Origin: Balanoglossus misakiensis
Taxonomy: Eukaryota; Animalia; Hemichordata
Reading direction: 5' to 3'
DNA: 64,000 bases
Assembly: GCA_040954595.2 (NCBI GenBank)
Contig: CM082581.2
Coordinates: 2,844,699 to 2,908,698 of the forward strand
Shown one piece after another: positions 50,301 through 59,300 of this stretch (position 1 is its first letter; each line of letters starts with the position of its first letter). Both the position numbers and the translations under genes were made by a program. The notes beneath the pieces are model-generated. The model was given only the letters and a program-made list of their open reading frames with translations, made no database searches and was not told where the DNA came from.

Positions 50301-53300
50301 TCAACATATCTTTGCTGTATCCGATGTCTAATCCATGTTCGGCCGCAGTGTTGAAAAACGTGTTGACTGAATCTTATAATTCAGTGGGTGTGGTGACAAC
50401 ATCGCCGGGTACATCAAACTCTGCTCCAAGTCCCTTCATCCAACAGGCTTTGATCGATGATGCCTTCACTTTGTCTCCGTGACTTCCCAGCAATGTAGCA
50501 CATGTCTTTGATGGTGTATTGCTTCAGGCTTGATACCAGCGACGAGTAATCGGGGTTGATCAACAAACACATCATCAATTCCCAGCGATAATTTGCTTTG
50601 AATGTTCTAATGATGCCTTGAACCATGGGCTGCAGAAGACTGGTCGTGTTTGCTGGCAGAAACTTCGTTTTAATCTTCCCATCTCGCGTTTTCAAATGAT
50701 TTTCTCGGGGGGAATCTCAGGGATGAGCAGGGCATTGATCTAAAAGTAACAGCTCTTTCGTTTCAAGTCCATGAGACATCAAGTGACACCAAACGCTGGG
50801 GACGAAATGGTTGAAAAACCAATCCTTGTACAGAAACTGCGTCATCCACGCATTTCCCGAAGCCATGTACACTACATGTTGACATGGTGAGAACAATGCG
50901 GTTTTAAACATGACGATCAGAGTGGTTTCTGTTTATGGTTGCCTGATTTGTTCACCGTGAACATCGCAGTGATGTGTTGTTTGTCTGTTTATGCCTGACA
51001 TTCTGAGGATCGTTGTATAAAGCTTGGGACTTCGTTACCTTACCTAAAACTTACATTCTCCCTATACCTTAACATGGATAACATCACTTTTTATCACATC
51101 AGCGATTCGATATGTTCTATAGCAGTAATTGGTGATCTCAAAACAGGTTGCACTTTAAGGGTCGGTGCACTTCAAGTGTATCAGTAGTGATCCAAACCTT
51201 ACCTAAAAATCCAACATGTTTCCCTATACATTACTATGTATAAACATCAAATTTTCATGACCCAGTTATAAAATCAAGAAAAGAGGAGTTTGTGTTCTGT
51301 TTTTTTCAGGGTTAATACAGAAAAATTATCTCTATTCTGGGGTTTCTTCATATAAAATATATTTAAAGAGGATGTTCTGCCTTTCCCCTTCTTTCTTGGT
51401 TTTCAACTTCCTCGGGTTTTCATTGCGTGTTTATTTCTTTTCAGAGCTGATATTTTGTGTGATTCAACTGCTGTACCAAAGGCGCTTGCGTACATACAAT
51501 ATATATAGCAAGCATTGATCGGATACAGTAATTAGACACACAATGTTTTATTCTCTTAGTGTCTTTCTTTCTTTTAAACTGTAAAATAACAATGATCATG
51601 TTTGTGCATGCCTGTGTAATGTTAGTATGTATAAGTGTGTTCAACTTGTGCAAACTTGTTTAACTTGTTTGTGAATGTATATATGTTATGTCTGCAATTT
51701 CTTTTTACTCTGTCTTCTTCAACTTCTATTTTCTGTAAAAACACCTCACACGGTCCACGATCTGTTTGATGGTGAAACCATGCAGTTTTTTCTTGGCCTG
51801 AGCATCCTCATCAAGTATTTTGGCGGACATGCACAGCGGTAATCTTCCCTGCAGAAATCTGCTTCTTAAACTTATAAAAAATCAGCGAGACCTGTTCTGG
51901 TGTGAAGGCTCTTCTGCCACTGAAGATGTACATGTAAGAGGTGGCAGTTGATTCCGATTGCATCATCGTCTTCTGTTCCAGCTTCTCCCTCTTCCCCCAC
52001 TTGACTGGTAGTGCTGGGTGGATCTGTAGTAGATTTGGCTATCAGACCCTCTCTCAAGCCTCTGGTCTCCTCCAGCACATTTGAAGTTTCCTGGACTGCA
52101 TTTGAAATTCTGTAGAAGGCCGCTTGGATTGCCTCTCGGTGGGTCATGTGACTGGTGAGGTCTTTGGACATCTCTGGCTTGTGTTGGAGAATCATGGTCA
52201 CCATGCTTTTTCTGCATATGGTCGTTGTCAACCTTTTCTTGGACACTCCACTTCTCCATGAAGTGTTCAGAAACCTGGCGAAAGTAGAGTTTGAGTGTAC
52301 TTTTCCATCGTATAATGAGAAGAGTAGCCTAGTTGGAGAGTCTCCGTCTGGTGTTCTCGGGAAGACGTCTCTTACCTTTAATGAGGTTAATAACCGGTAC
52401 AACTGCTTCGTGAAGCCCAGTCTTGCCGCTCCATGCAAGCTTGATGTTTTGTGTTCTCGTACAAGTACCACATGTCCGTTTTTTGTTTCCACTGCTTGCT
52501 TGAAATCACGCACAGTTGCATTCATTAATGCACCTGACCTTTGTGTGGAGTCACATGACAGGCACACCAGAATATATCCATTTATAATTCTGAACTGGTC
52601 TTCTGTAATTGTCTCTGTTTTTCTCGCAGAAGCCACAATCTTGTACGTGTCCCTCCCCATCTTCGAGTTTTCATATGCTTTAAATTCCTCTGGAGTTATC
52701 AGGTCATGCAGGACTTTGGTCTGCAAAGCAGCGGTTCTCTGCAATCTGATTAAAATCAGGAACGGCGACGTGTTTTTTATTATGCTGTCGCCTGGTGCAC
52801 CTCTCTTCTGTAGCTCTTTGCCCTATTCTATACCAGAGTGTTCATCATAGCAGCAGTGTTTGTCAGGAGAGGTGGCGTATGGCGCTGGCAGTAATGATAA
52901 AACATCCCTAAGGAAAATAAATAGCTTCGTACGGTGCTGGTTTGAAGATTCCCTTCCTTGAACTGCCGTTCAACAAAGCCTAAATCGTTTTCTTTGTTGC
53001 CCATGGCCTCAACTGACCCCAAATCGGCAAGGAGACGCCCACTTGCTCCCTGTTCTGTTCGGCAGACCTGTTCGTTCTCCTCCCACCATCGGCAGTCATC
53101 AGGTGTTCTTGAAAGGAGACTAAGATGTCCTTAACGTTTCCCCCATCATCAGAATCGTCATCGCTAACATTGAGTTAATTTGCTTTTGAGTTCATTAAAT
53201 TGTCCCCCCTCCACTTTTCTTGTTTTACCGATTCTAGCAACTATTGTATTGACTTGTCATTTTAATTTGTTCATAGATTTCTTTATCGCAACGATATACT

Positions 53301-56300
53301 ATTATATATTCAATAATACTTTAAGAAATTTATAATTGAGGTGTGAGGAGCCTCGTTCCCTTTATTGCATACAGTGTACATAGGATCAGGACGGCGAATG
53401 TTTTTGGCGTGGGGGGGGGGGGTCATCATATTTTTGGGTCTGTCAAAGGGGGGGGGGTCCTCATTTTTTGGCCCTGGGTGAAGGGGGGGGGGGGTCGGAG
53501 CCGTGTTTACAATAGCCCGTGCCTGACCCTTTCCCTAATGTGAGAGGGGGACACCCCCGCCCACCCCCCACCCCCCCCCCCCCCCCCCCTTTACTCTTCG
53601 ACACCTTTCATGTATTGGCTGGTTTGTCCAGAAGCTACAGGGTTAAATAAGTCATTTATACATCTCCTATACACAAACACATATATCCATATGGCCAAAT
53701 GTGAAGTCTCATGACTCAGTCCTGAAATGTAGAAAAAGCAGCTCTAGTGTCCTAGATTTTTTCAGAGTACATAAACATCATCTCTATTATCCTGTGGTAT
53801 CTTCATGTCAAAGATATTCAGACAGGAAGTAATAGGTTAACCTATGTGCATGTATTCCTATGGGCTAAGTTTGGAAAAATGCTTTTGTACATTAATGGAA
53901 CATCAAAAAATAGCCTAAAACAGCCTAAAACCAACTTGATATTCCCTAGTGTATAATAAAGAAATTCTTTTGTTTTTATACATGTTAAGTCTATGTGAGT
54001 TTTTTGGTCTATTTTGCACAACTTTTAGAAGTAGTTAGTGATGTCAAATCTTGGAAATGGAAACTGTTGTGCAATGTTTAAGGAAGGTTCAACCAAAGTT
54101 TCAACCCTGAAGTTCGGCGCAGCGGTTTCATTCACGCCAGAATGTTGCAAGTTTGTAGTGTTTGCAACACTGCCGTGTCCGTTGGCGGGCTGAATTTCGA
54201 TCCGGTTATCCGTGGACAACTTCTGCTCTGAAATAACATTGGCCTTGATGCTGTTTACCTCTTCTCTCAATGCGCGGAACTCTGATAAAATTTCGGAAGT
54301 TACGTCCGATGAAACTAACTGATCAAGTCCGTCAGGTGGATTTGATGCAATTTTTCTACCTTGTTCGCCTTGCCTTGTGTTGTCAGCTTCTTAGCTGCTG
54401 CTACGCGACTCAGTATGTTGATGAAAATATCGACGTACATGTATGTGTCTGTCGATGACTGACGATTGTGAACGGTAGCCAGATAAATGAACAGCAAACC
54501 GTGTTTTCGATAATGCCCGAAAATTCAAGGGAGAGACCTGCAAAAAGGTGATAAAACCGTGTAAAATGTCACCGGGTACCTGTGATTTTAATTCTGGTGT
54601 ATACCTATTTCTCTGTAATCCCCAAATGGGACCACAGTGTTCTTAACGCTATTCTTTCATTTACTTTTACATGTAAACTCTTTTTCCTCTCTGCATTCTG
54701 TCACATGATTGTTATTTTGAATTCAAAATGTTGGTATTTTTAAAATGTGAGTGCATTAAAATTCTCTTGTAATGAGCTATCGCCAATTATATTTTCAAAA
54801 CCACTATGGCTAAACGACGGGAATTCAAAACAGATTTTGAAGCAGAATGCAAATAAATGCAGCTGCAGGAGTGTTAATGTTTCAATAAAGTCATTTTATA
54901 AGACGCGCCTTTTTTGAGTGACAGTGTGTGCCGAAAAGGGGGTGCGACTTATAATACCAATGTTCTGTTGTATTCATTTTCTGAAAATCTCCTCCCAAAC
55001 AAGTCTTTCATTTCAAAGAAGGGGTGCGACTTATAAAATGACTTTAACGGAATACAAATTATTTCATTGTACCTTTTTGCATTTCACAGTGGATTGACAA
55101 AATCCGAACACCAAGATCATCAAATGAAGCAAGGCAGAGATTGTTTTCACAGTTATCAGGTAGTTATCAAACATTTGATTCTGACAACCGATGATTTACT
55201 AATAAAGGGACATATTCTCCCTCTCTTGCTGCCCTTTTCCCATTAATTATGAGTGATACAAGGCACCATTTATGTTATTCTACATGTGGTTATATAGTGA
55301 ATCAACATACCACCACGCACAACTTCCATCCCATTTGTAGGATATGAGAGTAAAAATCCCGCGCCAAAATGAATAAATAGAGACCGATTATTCATTTTGG
55401 CATGTTTTTTACTCCCGTGTCTACAAGTGGGATGGAAGTTGTGTGTGGTCGAACGTTGATTCACTATACATCCACATATAGAATAATATAAACGGTGCCT
55501 TGTATCAAACATATATGTAATTACGTGAAAAGGGGCAGCGAGAGAGAGACTTTGTCCCTTTAAAGGGCGACAATTGTCTTATGCGCGTGTGCCAAACCAG
55601 AGACTCTGGTGACAAAAATTGTTTACAGTCAATGCCATACAGCAGTGTGCTGTCATAGTAACAGACAAAATGGTGGCAACCATAGTTTGTATCGAGATCA
55701 GAAAAAGACACCAACTTGAGTGAAAATAAGGGACAAAACTAAGGTTTTTTTTATGGATCAATTTTCCCTGTAGGCCTGCACTTCCCTTACCTTACCAATA
55801 CAACCAGTACATTCAGTTAAAATATTAAAAGGAGAAAATTCCTATACACGGTTCCAGTTGCATACATACTCTTCACAGAGAGAGAAAGAGAGAGAGAGAG
55901 AAAGAGAGAGAGACGGGGGTAGGGGGTGGTATTCATGATCTGTTAAATTGTTAAAAGAGTGAGGATTAAGGGTTTAAAATCTGAAGAACACTTACTCAAT
56001 AATTTTGTTCTATAACTGTCACCTTGCGTTTGATATGGTCAGCAATCCACTGTAGTTGTGAAGTGTAAAATGGTAAAAAATATGTAACCACACATAAAGT
56101 GGTTACCATACTTTCACAGGTTGATAACTGCATATAGAACAGTGCCAGGAACAGTGCCTCACCAGATACACAGGATGATAAGATAGATTATTAATGTAAT
56201 GGGCTATGTCAGTAATGTTATTAAAGTATCAAAACAGCAAACTGGGAGCAAAATGGGACATAACTATTTAGTCTATTTATAAGGTGCGCATAAATATGGA

Positions 56301-59300
56301 AGAAAGCAAAGGCAGTCCATTATTTGAATTCATCAAATGCAAAATTTTCTGAACATTTGCATTGGATGTTACTGCACACGAAATTTCGCACATTTGCATA
56401 AGACAAGGTTGGCATTTAAAAATGTGTCTTCAAGGCATACATTTACTGTCAAGCAACATGTCTAATGCTACTGTTAGCATGGTACATGTATAAGAATTAG
56501 AACAAAAAGTTGGAATTGAAACACTAAACACAGAAAGAAATTGCCAAAAGTTAATTGATGTACATGTATCTTTAACAGATTCTGTAATATTGGAATGTTT
56601 TATTTTTCTGACAGGAGAGTTGCAGAGAAAAATTGGACTGAAAGTTCTTGAGATGGGTGGCAATGCAGTGATAGGGTATGTCAGACAATGAAACTTTGGA
56701 AGTATGATTCTACTAATGTAAGGCGAACTGTAATCAAACTTTGATATTGTACCACAGTAACTTCTAACTTACATTAACTGGAAAACTACAGTTACATGTA
56801 GGTTTCAAGATGTGTGCAACAGAGTCTGATCAGCACCTGTGACAGGTCCTAAGATACAGCACCTGTGACAGGGTCTGAACAATTGTTTCTGAACTGCTTT
56901 CTGAATCAGGTCTGATAAAACATGCATGTATAAAGTGATGTAATTTCTGACTGTACATGTATTTAGTACTGTGAACACAGGACTGAGATGTGAGTGTGTA
57001 AACAAGAGTGCTGAAGGCCTTTGCAGGGCGTGCAAATTTGCATGAGGTTAGGTGTGTAAATTTTAAGAAAAATGTGCCCAGTTTTGGTTGTTAAAGTGTA
57101 GAAAAGCAATACATGTATTTAATTTCATGCTAAAACATTCCGGCCCTGTTTCAGAACTACTATTTGTAAAGTGTATATTCATAGCACTATACACAGTCCT
57201 GTGAGTAGGGGTACAGGCAGAAATGTTAGACCTTTTCACAATAATGTGTCCATGGCATTGAATGTAGCCATGTCATCACAGCAATTGATACAGTCCTGTA
57301 AAGCAGCCACTGTTACAGCCACCTGTAATCTTTGCAGTCACAGACCTGTATCACAAGGTTGTTTCAGGGCTTGTCACAGGGGTAACATTCTTTTGGCTGT
57401 GTATTAATAGCGCCCTCAGCTATTTCAGAATGCATGTAAAAGACTTGTATTACTGTGTAAGTAAATGTAATTTTATTTAGTTCTCATATTTTTAACAACT
57501 ATACATGCATGTTGTAGTTTGTGCATTTTACATAACATGTAACCATAGAAATAAGTGCATGCTGACCTTATGCAAGATCGCACAATGGGTTGCGGAGAGG
57601 TAGTAATCCTTACACCGGCTAAGGTCTGGCCAGCAAAGCCATCTCAAATCTGAGCCGTATCAGAACCACTATACACCGTCCACACGTCAGATGGTATCTG
57701 ATCTGAGATGCTTCAGAACCGTCTTAATGATGTGTGTGTGACACCCATACAGAATTGAAATGTCAAATCTCAACAATAACCTGTGTGGCATTGTTTACCA
57801 CAGTACGTTTCATTAATTAAATGACGTTCTTCTCATCAAACTTCTGCCCTCTGTCAATCAACAGGTATAACCAGTGTTTTGATTTGGAAGGAGAGTCTGG
57901 AATAGTTGTCAGGGGTATTGGTACGGCTGTGTGCCTTGTCAAGAGTAGTTTGATGTTATCATCACCTTCATCTTCAAGTCCATCAAGAGATCCCCTCCGA
58001 GAGTAAGTATCCTACCTCCCTATACACTCTAAAATGGTAGAGTCTGATTGTTACCTGAACTTTACGCTGTTGTATTCACTTTGCAGCATAACTTACAGCT
58101 AGCCTGTATCCAATGGTATGACCTCAGTTGTATGTTGATAAGTATTCTGGGTACAATCAGCAACATTTGCGCCAATTTGTAGCATTCCTGGTTAGAGGTG
58201 ATGCTTGTAATCGGAGCAAAATGTTGCAGATGCGGGTGTCAATTCTTTGTTCGCTTTTTCTTTTAAGGTCGCTACGATTTTAGCCACATTCTCTGGCTCT
58301 AGTTTTGGAAGTAGCACTGATTCAATAACTACTGAAATGCTTGAAATTGTTCTCAAGACCAAAAACTATTTGTAGTAACAGTATTTGTATATTACCGGTA
58401 TACTGTTATGTAAACAATATGGGTTTAGACCACTGGTTATTGAACACATTTCAGTGAGCTGCACCACATAAGCTGTCAAAAGAAATTAAAATTAGCAAAA
58501 CATTTCGAAAAATGAGTGAATTAATATCTACCTCTAAGTCAATGTTCATTTTTTTGCAACGCTAAAGAATCTGGGCGTCCAGCAGACGAAAGTGAGTATC
58601 TGGTTGCTATGGTGTTGCATTTGTTGTGGTTGTCATAATTGTACAATGTACACCACATGTTGTAGGTGTGTTTAGGAAAAGTTATATGCACAATGTTTAT
58701 GTCTATGCAGTCATTGATGGATTAATTAAACAGGCATTTAACAACATTTCAGTTTACCTAATCATCATGTGATGTTGGATATTTTTCATGCAATAGGACA
58801 TTCAACACATGTGATACACTGGCTTCTATTTAAAGGGACAAAGTCTCTCTCTCGCTGCCCTTTTCCATTAATTATTTTTGATACAAGACATCATTGATGT
58901 TAATGTACATGTGGATATATAGTGAATCAACGTTCAAGAAAGGCAAAAATTGGTTAATGATCTGATATGTCTGAGATAATTCTACCCGCTTTAATTAGTT
59001 TACCAGTGACATTAGTGTAGAGATGGTCTACAATTGATGATGATTTATCTGTACTTCTGGTAGGGCAGGTTATTGTTTGTACAAAATTAAAACATGCAAA
59101 ATTTTCCAACAAGTCATTACCCCTAGATTTGGACAAATTGCTCAGATCAATATTCAAATCTAAGCTGGAATTAAAATCACTGACATTTGTGTTTGGCGGT
59201 CTAGACTATACAAATTGCCACAAAGTATAAATTTTTGCCCATTTTAACCTCAACCCACATTGACTCTGCGTTCCTGATTTCAATATCCAACAAATTGTAA

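Noticed and set aside
52155-52850. 231-aa plus-strand ORF
   Set aside because: Antisense to the tyrosine-recombinase ORF
57570-57730. GC-richer intronic patch as a possible structured ncRNA or SINE
   Set aside because: No recognisable tRNA, snRNA or snoRNA boxes; cannot be supported without a covariance-model search
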